Of a stretch of 64,000 bases of DNA, positions 19,277 through 27,196 are shown in pieces (position 1 is the first letter of the stretch; each line of letters starts with the position of its first letter). The translations under genes and the position numbers were made by a program. This stretch comes from a bacterium (lineage in GTDB: Bacteria; Chloroflexota; Dormibacteria; Aeolococcales; Bog-877): the NCBI GenBank assembly GCA_021816695.1, contig JAKAXE010000004.1, positions 61 to 64,060 of the forward strand, read 5' to 3'. Below the pieces are notes generated by a model, which saw only the letters and a program-made list of their open reading frames with translations, made no database searches and was not told the origin of the DNA.

Positions 19277-19322
19277 GACTGAGTCAGGCGTCGAGTATGC
19301 TCATCGTAGGCGCTCCTGTCAA
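19277..19322 (-). promoter_or_regulatory. Sigma70-type promoter TTGACA(19322-19317)-N17-CATACT(19299-19294) with a downstream GACTGAGTC dyad (19277-19285)
   Basis: Exact -35 consensus and 17-bp spacer read directly from sequence, upstream of the SBP-led operon. Confidence 0.7.
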
Positions 19323-19576
19323 GCCCCTCTACACCGTCTCGGAGCTCCACCAAGCCAGAGCCAGGAGGCGGACGGCCTACCGGGGTCGACGGTGCGCGGG
19401 GGTGGCGCACCCGGTCCCGTTCCTCGCTCGCGTCACCGAGCGTGGGGGGGCTGAGAAGGGCCGGTGCGCTGGCCTCCCCATGCGACCGCGCGGCCCCGCC
19501 GCGCCCTCGAGATCTCCCCTGGGCGTCCGGACTCAGAAGGGTGCCATCCCCCCAGGCACCGACACCCTAGCCCGGC

Positions 19577-20209
19577 TCAGAGTGGGCTGGGTCGACCCTC
19601 TGGTAGGGCTCCCTCACGGTTGCCCGGAGGGCGGCGCATGATCCGGAAGTGCGGTGCTCCAGGCCTCCGCACCTCGTCCACCACCTCAAAGCCACGGCGC
19701 TGGTAGAAGGCGACATCCTCGGCGGTGACGGTGTCCAGGGTGGCGGGAAGGCGCTCTTGGTCGCAGCGCCGGAGGACCGGCTGGAGCACCGCGGTGCCCA
19801 GCCCCCGACCCTGGAGATCCGGCTCGGTCCCCAGCGCCGCTAGGTACCAGGTGGGCTCTCGCGGATGGCGGCGGTGGACCTCCAGGTTCACCGAGAGCGC
19901 CGCGAGGAGCCGGGTGCGCAGCGCGACCCCGATCCGGAGGTTGAGGCCGAGCTGGCGCCAGATGTGGGGCCTGGCTCCACGCCGGGGAACCCCCATGGGC
20001 AACCACAGTGCTGCTGCGGAGAGGTCGTCGGTGACCCATCCCTCCCCCGCGTCCTGCAGCGCCATCACGTTGAGGCAGTACCAGCGCTCCAGCCGCCGCT
20101 CCCGGCCGCGCGTCGAGGGAAACAGCCACTCCGTGGTGGGGTCCGTGGCGAAGGCCCGCGCCAGCATGGCGCCCACCTGGGGAACGTCGCCGTCGCGCAG
20201 CTCCCGCAC
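19577..20209 (-). CDS. GNAT-family N-acetyltransferase
   Basis: WYLAALGTEPDLQGRGLGTAVL acetyl-CoA motif; NxxFY-like EDVAFYQRRGFEVV. Confidence 0.88.
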   Translation of the reverse strand: MRELRDGDVPQVGAMLARAFATDPTTEWLFPSTRGRERRLERWYCLNVMALQDAGEGWVTDDLSAAALWLPMGVPRRGARPHIWRQLGLNLRIGVALRTRLLAALSVNLEVHRRHPREPTWYLAALGTEPDLQGRGLGTAVLQPVLRRCDQERLPATLDTVTAEDVAFYQRRGFEVVDEVRRPGAPHFRIMRRPPGNREGALPEGRPSPL

Positions 20210-20270
20210 CCCTGGTGACCCCGGGCCGATGGTGGTGATCGCCGAGGTGGGGCCGTCGGTCCAGGAGCTG

Positions 20271-20720
20271 TCAGCTGTCGTCGTCGCGCCGGCCCACCAG
20301 CCGCTCGGCGGCGGCGTTCAGCACCACCGGCGCCGCCATCCGACCCAGGCGGAGCCCGGCCTTCTGCCAGAGCGGCTGGCTCCGGTGCCCCCGCTCCGCC
20401 CCGGCGGCGGAGCTCAACCCGCCCTTGCTGGCGGCCTCGGCGAGCAGCTCCTCGAGCCGCCGGCGCCACTCCTCGGGCATGGCCGCGATCCAGTCCTGCT
20501 CGGGCTGGTCCGAGTGGTGCCGCCGTCGGCGCGCCCACACCGCCACCCCAACCACCAGCAGCGCCACTCCGGCCGCCGCGATCCGCGGGCCATCCCGGCG
20601 GAGGCGGTAGCGGGGGTCGAGATCGCGACGAAGCCGCTCCTCCAGCCGGTCCAGGGTGCCCTCCAGCCGCTGGCGGGTGGCGACTACCTGTGCGTGCGCC
20701 TGGTCTGTAGCCGCGCCCAC
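20271..20720 (-). CDS. DUF3618-like small membrane-associated protein
   Basis: AQVVATRQRLEGTLDRLEERL coiled segment followed by a TM helix; downstream of a holin-III family gene, a usual pairing. Confidence 0.6.
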   Translation of the reverse strand: MGAATDQAHAQVVATRQRLEGTLDRLEERLRRDLDPRYRLRRDGPRIAAAGVALLVVGVAVWARRRRHHSDQPEQDWIAAMPEEWRRRLEELLAEAASKGGLSSAAGAERGHRSQPLWQKAGLRLGRMAAPVVLNAAAERLVGRRDDDS

Positions 20721-21076
20721 TCGAGGTCCTCCTGCACCGTCTTGCGAGTCAGCACCAGCGGGATGAGCCGGCGGTTGGCGAAGACCACCGCCCCTCCCGC
20801 TCCCACCATCAGCAGCCCGACCGCGGCGATCAGCCCAGCCACCAGGGTGTGGTTGGGGATCCACTCCACCAGAGTGACCAGGGCGAAGGGCAGCATGAGG
20901 CTGAGTCCCAGGATGGCCAGCGCGAGCCCGATCAGCGCCCGGAGACCGCGCCTCAGGGTGTCCTTGGCCTCGGACTTGGCCAGCTGCAACTCGTCCGTCA
21001 CCAGCTGGCGCAGATCCCGGGTGAGCGACTCGACCAGCTCGGAGACGCTCTCCTCAGCCGAAGGTGAAGATGCCAC
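20684..21076 (-). CDS. Actinobacterial holin-X / holin superfamily III (DUF1469-like) membrane protein
   Basis: SVSELVESLTRDLRQLVTDELQLAKSE followed by two TM helices; no phage genes nearby. Confidence 0.7.
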   Translation of the reverse strand: MASSPSAEESVSELVESLTRDLRQLVTDELQLAKSEAKDTLRRGLRALIGLALAILGLSLMLPFALVTLVEWIPNHTLVAGLIAAVGLLMVGAGGAVVFANRRLIPLVLTRKTVQEDLEWARLQTRRTHR

Positions 21077-21139
21077 CTCTGCAGGTTAGCGGATGACACC
21101 GCTCCCGGCATCGGGGCCCGGCCCATCTATGATCGGAAA

Positions 21140-21979
21140 GTGGCACCGGCAGCGCCCCCGGGGATCGCGGCGCTGGCCGCCCCCCTGATCAGGCTGGCAA
21201 GACGTGGCAGCCTGCTGGTGGCCACCGACTTCGACGGCACCCTGGCGCCGGTGGTCCGGGACCCGGACCGCGCCGCCCCTCTCCCGGAGGCCCGCCTGGC
21301 GCTGGAGAAACTGGCCTCTCACACCCCCGTGGCGGTCATCAGCGCCCGCGACCTGGCCAATCTCGCCTCGCGCTGCCGGATCACCGGGGCGCTCCTGCTG
21401 GGCAGCTACGGCCAGGAGCCCTGGCTCCAGCTGAGCTCCGGCGAGCCACCTCCGTCTCCCCCTCGCCCCCGCCCAGAGCTCCTCCAGCTGGCCCAGGAGC
21501 TCTCCGCCTACACCGCCGAGATGCCCGGGGTCGGGGTGGAGGTCAAGGCGCTGGGGGTGGCGGTCCACTACCGCAACTCCCCGGAGTCTCGCCGGGTCGG
21601 CCCGCTGATCCGCCGCCAGGTGGAGGAGCTCTGCCGGAGCCACCAGCTGCAGGTGGTCCGGGGACGCCAGGTGGTGGAGGCCCGACCATTCCGGAGCGGC
21701 AACAAGGGGACGGCCCTCCGCCTGCTCCTGGACCGCCTCGGGCCCCGCGGCTGCGTCTATGCCGGGGACGACCTGGGAGACCTCCCGGCGATGCGGGAGC
21801 TGCATGCAGAGCGTGGCCAGCTGGAGCTGGCCGCCGCGGTGGGGGTGGCGAGCTCGGAGGTGAACCCCGAACTGGTGGCTGAGGCGGACCTTCTCCTGGA
21901 TGGTCCTAAGGAGTGGGCCAGGCTCCTGGCCGAGGTCGCCATGGGGCTGGACCGACCTACTGGGCCAGCAGGTCGTTGA
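21140..21979 (+). CDS. otsB: Trehalose-6-phosphate phosphatase (HAD)
   Basis: TDFDGTLAPVV, AVHYR, NKGTAL, YAGDDLGD. Confidence 0.88.
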   Translation: MAPAAPPGIAALAAPLIRLARRGSLLVATDFDGTLAPVVRDPDRAAPLPEARLALEKLASHTPVAVISARDLANLASRCRITGALLLGSYGQEPWLQLSSGEPPPSPPRPRPELLQLAQELSAYTAEMPGVGVEVKALGVAVHYRNSPESRRVGPLIRRQVEELCRSHQLQVVRGRQVVEARPFRSGNKGTALRLLLDRLGPRGCVYAGDDLGDLPAMRELHAERGQLELAAAVGVASSEVNPELVAEADLLLDGPKEWARLLAEVAMGLDRPTGPAGR

Positions 21980-23456
21980 GGTCCTGCAGCTGGTTGCTGA
22001 TCCAGCGGGTGATGTCGTTGCGCCGCACCTCCTGGCGCAGCTGGCGGGCCCGGCTGGCGCGGTACCGACGAGGCATGGTGAGGGCCGTGTGCAGCGCCTC
22101 GGCGGTCTGGTCGATGTCGAAGGGGTTGATGCCCAGGGAGTTCGCCCCCAGCTCCTCGAAGCTGCCGGCGTTCTCGCTCAGCACCAGGACGCCGTCACGC
22201 CCATTGCAGAGCACCCCCTCCTTGGCCACCAGGTTCATCCCGTCGTATATGGGGTTGACCAGCAGGGCGTCGTAGCTTTTGTAGGCGGCCACCGCCTTGT
22301 GAATGTTCTCCTCCACCTCGAGGCGGATGGGTAGCCAGTCCGCGGTCTGGAAGCGCCGGTTGACCCGGGCCGCCGCGGAAACCACCGCCCCCAGGTAGGC
22401 GCGGTAGGCGTCCAGGTCCTGGCGGCTGCGCTGCAGAAACGCCCAGAAGACCACTCGGGAGCGCAGCTCGGGATGGGTCTCCAGGAGGCGCTCGTAGGCC
22501 AGGAAGCCGCGCACGATGTTCTTGCTGAGGTCGGTGCGGTCCACCCGCAGGATGAGCAGCTCCGGCCTCCAGGAGTCGATCAGGCGCTCCTGCTCCGCCA
22601 CCCCCTCGCTCGCCACCAGCTGCTCCATGGCGCTGATGTCGATGGAGATGGGATAGGCACGGACCCAGACCGAGCGCCCCTCGTAGAAGACGATGCGCTG
22701 GCGGTGGTCCACTCCCAGCCCCAGATTCTCCTCACAGGTCATGAGGAAGTTGCGCACGTCGAGGCTGGTCTGGAGGCCCACCACGTCGTTGCCCAAAAGC
22801 CCGGTCAGGATCCCGTCCCGCATCCCCCGGGGGATCACCTTCCAGTACTGCGGGGTGGGCCAGGGCACATGGATGAAGTGCTGAAGGCGGGCCTCGGGCA
22901 GCCGCTCACGCACCATCGCCGGCGCCAGATAGAGGTGGTAGTCCTGGGTCATCACCAGCGGCCGGGCGCGGCTGCTGCCCGCCACCTCCACCACCCGGTC
23001 GGCGAACAGGCGGTTCACCTCGACATACCCGTCCCGCCAGGCCCGCCAGGTCCGGCCGTCCAGGATGGGCTCCCGGCCCAGATCCCAGAGGTAGTGCTGG
23101 ACGAACCAGAGCAGGGGATTGCTGATCTGGTTGTAGTAGAGGTCGTAAGCCTCGCGGTCGGGGGTGACGAAGGCCACCCGGAAGAAGTCCCCGGTCTCCG
23201 ATGTGACCTCGGCCACCCCGTCCTCGCCGGAAACCAGCTCCAGGTCGGATGGCCCGCGGGCGCAGGCCACCCAGACCGACTCGCTGGCCTGGGCCAGGGC
23301 GGACATGGCGGTCACCAGCCCCCCGCCACCCCGGGTGATCCTCGAGGGACCGGAGCGCTCGGGGTGGACATCGATCGGGGGCCGGTTGGCGACCACGATG
23401 GGCTGCCAGCCGGCGAGCATCCGTCGCAGGTACGACTGGATCCCGGGCATCGGCAT
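21957..23456 (-). CDS. otsA: Trehalose-6-phosphate synthase (GT20)
   Basis: VANRPP, GGGGLVTA, QDYHLYL, HFIHVPWP, RVDRTDLSKNI, DGMNLVAKE; start among ATGs 23420/23450/23456. Confidence 0.9.
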   Translation of the reverse strand: MPMPGIQSYLRRMLAGWQPIVVANRPPIDVHPERSGPSRITRGGGGLVTAMSALAQASESVWVACARGPSDLELVSGEDGVAEVTSETGDFFRVAFVTPDREAYDLYYNQISNPLLWFVQHYLWDLGREPILDGRTWRAWRDGYVEVNRLFADRVVEVAGSSRARPLVMTQDYHLYLAPAMVRERLPEARLQHFIHVPWPTPQYWKVIPRGMRDGILTGLLGNDVVGLQTSLDVRNFLMTCEENLGLGVDHRQRIVFYEGRSVWVRAYPISIDISAMEQLVASEGVAEQERLIDSWRPELLILRVDRTDLSKNIVRGFLAYERLLETHPELRSRVVFWAFLQRSRQDLDAYRAYLGAVVSAAARVNRRFQTADWLPIRLEVEENIHKAVAAYKSYDALLVNPIYDGMNLVAKEGVLCNGRDGVLVLSENAGSFEELGANSLGINPFDIDQTAEALHTALTMPRRYRASRARQLRQEVRRNDITRWISNQLQDLNDLLAQ

Positions 23457-23796
23457 AGGATGACGGAAGCCGGTCACTCCGGGGGCTGTCTCAATTCGAG
23501 GTCGGGCAGGGGCACGGCCACGAGTAGGGATGATGCGGACGCCCGCTCTGGGCTGACCGGCTGGGGGACGGCCCTGCTCCAAGCATCGCGGAGAGCGTTG
23601 CTGAGAGATCGTGGCATTCGGTCCTGCGGGAGGCGATGTCGCTCCCCGGAGCAGTCGGCTCCAGCCGCGCCGAGCTGGAGCGCACCAGCGTGAGGGCCGG
23701 TGAGGCGCCGGGCCAGCGAGTCAGGGCTCGCCGCCGCCACAGGTCCGCGGCGAACGGCCGCACCCACGGCGCCGGCACCGCCGTGGCGGGAGCGAC

Positions 23797-24987
23797 CTAC
23801 AGCAGCTCCAGGATGGTGGCATTGGCCATGCCCCCTCCCTCACACATTGCCTGCAAGCCCCACCGCGACCCGCGCCGGACCATGGAATGGACCAGGGTGG
23901 TCATCAGCCGCGCTCCGCTGGCGCCCACAGGGTGGCCCAGGGCAATGGCCCCGCCGTTCACGTTTACCCGCTCCAGGTCGGCCCCGGTATCCCGCTGCCA
24001 CGCCAGCACCACGCTGGAGAAGGCCTCGTTGATCTCGAACAGATCGATGTCGGCCAGGGATAGCCGGGCTGAGCTGAGAACCCTTTGCGTGGCGGGAATC
24101 ACTGCGGCCAGCATGAGGATTGGGTCCGCGGCGGCCACGGCCATGGCATGCACCCGGGCCAGGGGTCGGAGGCCAAGGTCTCGTGCTCGCTCGCCGCTCA
24201 TGAGCAGTAGGGCCGCTGCCCCGTCACTGATCTGACTGGAGTTGCCGGCAGTGACCGTCCAATCGATCCCGGGAAACCTGGATGCCAACCCCGGGTCGGC
24301 GAAGGCCGGGGAGAGGCGGGCCAGAACCTCCGGAGTCGTTTCGGGTCGGATTCCCTCGTCGGCCACCGTGGCACCGGGCGAGGCGGTGCCTTCCGGGCAA
24401 GGCAGCAACTCGGCGGCGAAGGCCCCCTCCAGGTGGGCACTGGCCGCTCTCTGATGGCTGCCGGCGGAGTAAGCGTCGAGCTCGGCGCGGGACAGCCCCC
24501 ACTGGGCAGCGATGAGCTCGGCGCTGATGCCCTGATGCACCATCCCCTGGGGATAGCGGAGGGCCATCCCGCGGCCCAGAGGATCGACGCCCTTGAGCAC
24601 ATTGGAGCCCAGGGGGACCCGGCTCATGCTCTCGACGCCACAGGCGATGACGGCATCGTAGGAGCCGGCCATGATCCCCTGGGCGGCAAAGTGCACGGCC
24701 TGCTGGGAGGAGCCGCACTGGCGGTCGATGGTGGTGGCGGGCACCGTCTCCGGGAGGCCGGCCGCCAGGGTGGCCCAGCGGGCGATGTTGAGCGCCTGCT
24801 CCCCCACCTGGTCGACGCACCCGGCGATCACGTCGTCGATCAGCTCGGGAGGCACCCCGGTGCGCTCCACAAGGGCCGCCATCGTTCCGGCGAGGAGGTC
24901 CACCGGATGCACAGCGGAGAGCAGCCCTCCTTGACGCCCGCGGCCGATGGGGGTGCGGACGGCCTCGACGATCACCGCGTCCCGCAC
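23797..24987 (-). CDS. Acetyl-CoA C-acyltransferase (thiolase II/FadA family)
   Basis: RTPIG, QCGSSQQA, NEAF, GHPVGASG, MCEGGG; SD GGAGG before GTG 24987. Confidence 0.95.
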   Translation of the reverse strand: MRDAVIVEAVRTPIGRGRQGGLLSAVHPVDLLAGTMAALVERTGVPPELIDDVIAGCVDQVGEQALNIARWATLAAGLPETVPATTIDRQCGSSQQAVHFAAQGIMAGSYDAVIACGVESMSRVPLGSNVLKGVDPLGRGMALRYPQGMVHQGISAELIAAQWGLSRAELDAYSAGSHQRAASAHLEGAFAAELLPCPEGTASPGATVADEGIRPETTPEVLARLSPAFADPGLASRFPGIDWTVTAGNSSQISDGAAALLLMSGERARDLGLRPLARVHAMAVAAADPILMLAAVIPATQRVLSSARLSLADIDLFEINEAFSSVVLAWQRDTGADLERVNVNGGAIALGHPVGASGARLMTTLVHSMVRRGSRWGLQAMCEGGGMANATILELL

Positions 24988-25138
24988 GGACTTCCTCCAA
25001 CCCGCGACTCCCGCCGCCAGCATCACGAGGATAGCCGGAGAACGCCCGAGACCGGGAGCGCCACTGCGGATCCGGCCCCAGTCGCACGCATCGTCCGCCG
25101 GCGGCGGTGAAAGAGATGAACCGAGGCGGACAGGGCTC

Positions 25139-25720
25139 TCAGGCGCGGCGGCGGACCCGGTCCAGGTGGATGGCAACGGTGAACGAAGCCACCACCAACA
25201 CAAGGAGGATCAAGGTTCCGACGGTCGGCGGTAGTCCCTTGCAGTGGGTGACCATCCGTCCTCCCACCGGGCCGTAGGTGAGGCATTCGGAGGAGGCCCC
25301 CGGCAGGAGTCCGAACATCGTTACCCCCATCAGGCCCAAGGGGACCACCAAGGTGCCCAGTACTTTGTCGCGGAGCCGCCAGACCGGTGAGGCCCAGAGG
25401 ATGGCCACCCCGGCCAGCCAGCCCACCAGGAAGACGAAGCCGCCGAAGAGGAGGAGAACCGGTACCAGCGCCTCCGGCCATGTTCGTCGGTGAAGGTCGG
25501 CGCCCGCCTCCCGGGCGATCTCCTCGGGCTCGCCCAGCTGGTCCAGGAGTTGCCGCACACCGGCCTCGTCCTCGGGAGCCAGCTGGCGGCACGCCTCCTC
25601 GATATGGGCCTGCACCTCCCCCCTGACCTGGCGTCTCCGGCCCCGGGGCAGGGAAGCGAGCCGGCGGTCGAGCTCGCGCAGATAGTCGCGTGTCAGCTCA
25701 TCCCTCTTGGTGTTCCCCAT
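25139..25720 (-). CDS. HAAS/DUF1700-like membrane protein (PadR partner)
   Basis: YLRELDRRLASLP...LGEPEEIARE N-terminus plus TM helices; TGATG coupling to PadR. Confidence 0.7.
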   Translation of the reverse strand: MGNTKRDELTRDYLRELDRRLASLPRGRRRQVRGEVQAHIEEACRQLAPEDEAGVRQLLDQLGEPEEIAREAGADLHRRTWPEALVPVLLLFGGFVFLVGWLAGVAILWASPVWRLRDKVLGTLVVPLGLMGVTMFGLLPGASSECLTYGPVGGRMVTHCKGLPPTVGTLILLVLVVASFTVAIHLDRVRRRA

Positions 25721-26064
25721 CAACCACCCTCCTCCAGGGCCTGGTCGACCGCGGTTCGGAACTGCCCCCACCCCTGCTCGAAGGCCGCCAGCGCCTGGGT
25801 ACCCTGCTCCGTGAGGCGGTAGTAGCGGCGCGGCGGACCGTCCTCCGACTCCCTCCAGGTGGTCTCCACCCAGCGCCGCTGGCGCAGTCGGGCCAGAAGG
25901 GGATAGACCGTACCCTCTCCCATCAGCAGCCCTCCCGGCGCTCCCAGCGACCGAGCGAGCTCGAAGCCGTATCGCTCCCGCGAGCGCAGGGCCGCCAGGA
26001 CGCAGTACTCCACGACCCCCCGGCGGAGCTGAGCCTCCCAGTTGCTGTCCGTGCCAGGTATCAT
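25720..26064 (-). CDS. PadR-family transcriptional regulator
   Basis: QLRRGVVEYCVL, YGFEL, EGTVYPLLARL, GPPRRYYRLT. Confidence 0.92.
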   Translation of the reverse strand: MIPGTDSNWEAQLRRGVVEYCVLAALRSRERYGFELARSLGAPGGLLMGEGTVYPLLARLRQRRWVETTWRESEDGPPRRYYRLTEQGTQALAAFEQGWGQFRTAVDQALEEGG

Positions 26065-26140
26065 GCGGCGCAGTGTACTGAGCGTCGCATCCAAGGTCAA
26101 TGCTTCCGAGTGGTCCGATCCCCGGGGAGGTTGGGGGCGG

Positions 26141-27196
26141 CTAGCGCAGCCTGGCCTGGAACTTGGCCAGTTCAGCGGAGCCGGGGCAGAGCCGCTGGAA
26201 CGGGAGGTCCCAGAGCCGCTCCTCGGTGGTGGCGCTCACCTGATGCATGTCTGGGGTGGTTTCGTCCAGGTAGAGGAGCCCGGTCGCGATCTCACCCTGG
26301 CGCGCGCTCTCCACCAGGTAGGAGCCGACCCGGACCCGGTCCGTCGGGTCGTAGCCCTCGGGGACGGCACGGAAGAGCACCCGGCTGCCATCGTGGAGCT
26401 CGACCTCGGTGAGCGAGCCCGGGGTCTGCTCCGAATGGATCTGGCCCCGCACCGGGATGATGTCGGCGTCGATGTCCTGGAGCTCGTGCTCCCGGACGTA
26501 GCGGAAGCTCTTGGTGGAGCCCTCGTGGTCGTTGAACTGCACGCAAGGGGAGATCACGTCCACCAGGGCGAAGCCACCATGGGAAAGCCCGGCCTTCAGG
26601 ATGGGCACAAGCTGGGCCTTGTCCCCGGAGAAGCCCCGAGCGAGGAAGGTGGCACCCAGGCTCAGCCCCAGCAGCATCGGGTCCACCGGCGGCAGGAGGT
26701 TGGGCTCCCCCTTGCGGGAGCGGGATCCGATGTCCGCCGAAGCCGAGAACTGCCCCTTGGTCAGCCCGTACACCCCGTTGTTGGCGATCACGTAGAGCAT
26801 CCTGACGTTGCGCCGGATGGCGTGGGCGAGGTTGCCCAGGCCGATCGAGAGCGAGTCGCCGTCCCCCGACACTCCGACCACCACGAGGCCGCGGTTGGCG
26901 GCTGCGGCGCCGCTGGCCACCGCCGCCATCCGGCCGTGAACCGAGTTGAAGCCAACCGCCGCCGAGTCGAAGTACTGCGGGGTCTTGGAGGAGCAGCCGA
27001 TGCCGCTCAGCTTGGCCACCTGGTAGGGCGGGATGGAGAGCCCCCAGAGCGCCTCCTGGATGGCGGCGGTGACCGAGTCGTGGCCACAGCCGGCACAGAG
27101 GGTGGACATGCTCCCGGAGTAGTCGCGGATGGTGAGCCCAAGCTGGTTGCGCTCGAGGGGCAGGAGGGGGATCTGGGGCTTGGCTATCGAGGTCAC
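26141..27196 (-). CDS. 2-oxoacid:ferredoxin oxidoreductase beta subunit
   Basis: LCAGCGH, SGIGCSS, HGR, GDGDSLSIG (TPP), NNGVYGLTKGQ; GTGA coupling. Confidence 0.93.
   Translation of the reverse strand: MTSIAKPQIPLLPLERNQLGLTIRDYSGSMSTLCAGCGHDSVTAAIQEALWGLSIPPYQVAKLSGIGCSSKTPQYFDSAAVGFNSVHGRMAAVASGAAAANRGLVVVGVSGDGDSLSIGLGNLAHAIRRNVRMLYVIANNGVYGLTKGQFSASADIGSRSRKGEPNLLPPVDPMLLGLSLGATFLARGFSGDKAQLVPILKAGLSHGGFALVDVISPCVQFNDHEGSTKSFRYVREHELQDIDADIIPVRGQIHSEQTPGSLTEVELHDGSRVLFRAVPEGYDPTDRVRVGSYLVESARQGEIATGLLYLDETTPDMHQVSATTEERLWDLPFQRLCPGSAELAKFQARLR

Noticed and set aside
19323-19576. GC-rich gap between the Liv-operon promoter and the GNAT stop as a possible ncRNA or sORF
   Set aside because: No convincing start/SD, stem pattern or protein-like translation was found.
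20684-21076. Holin-family gene as evidence of a prophage
   Set aside because: No endolysin, integrase or structural genes; holin-III + DUF3618 pairs are ordinary chromosomal loci.
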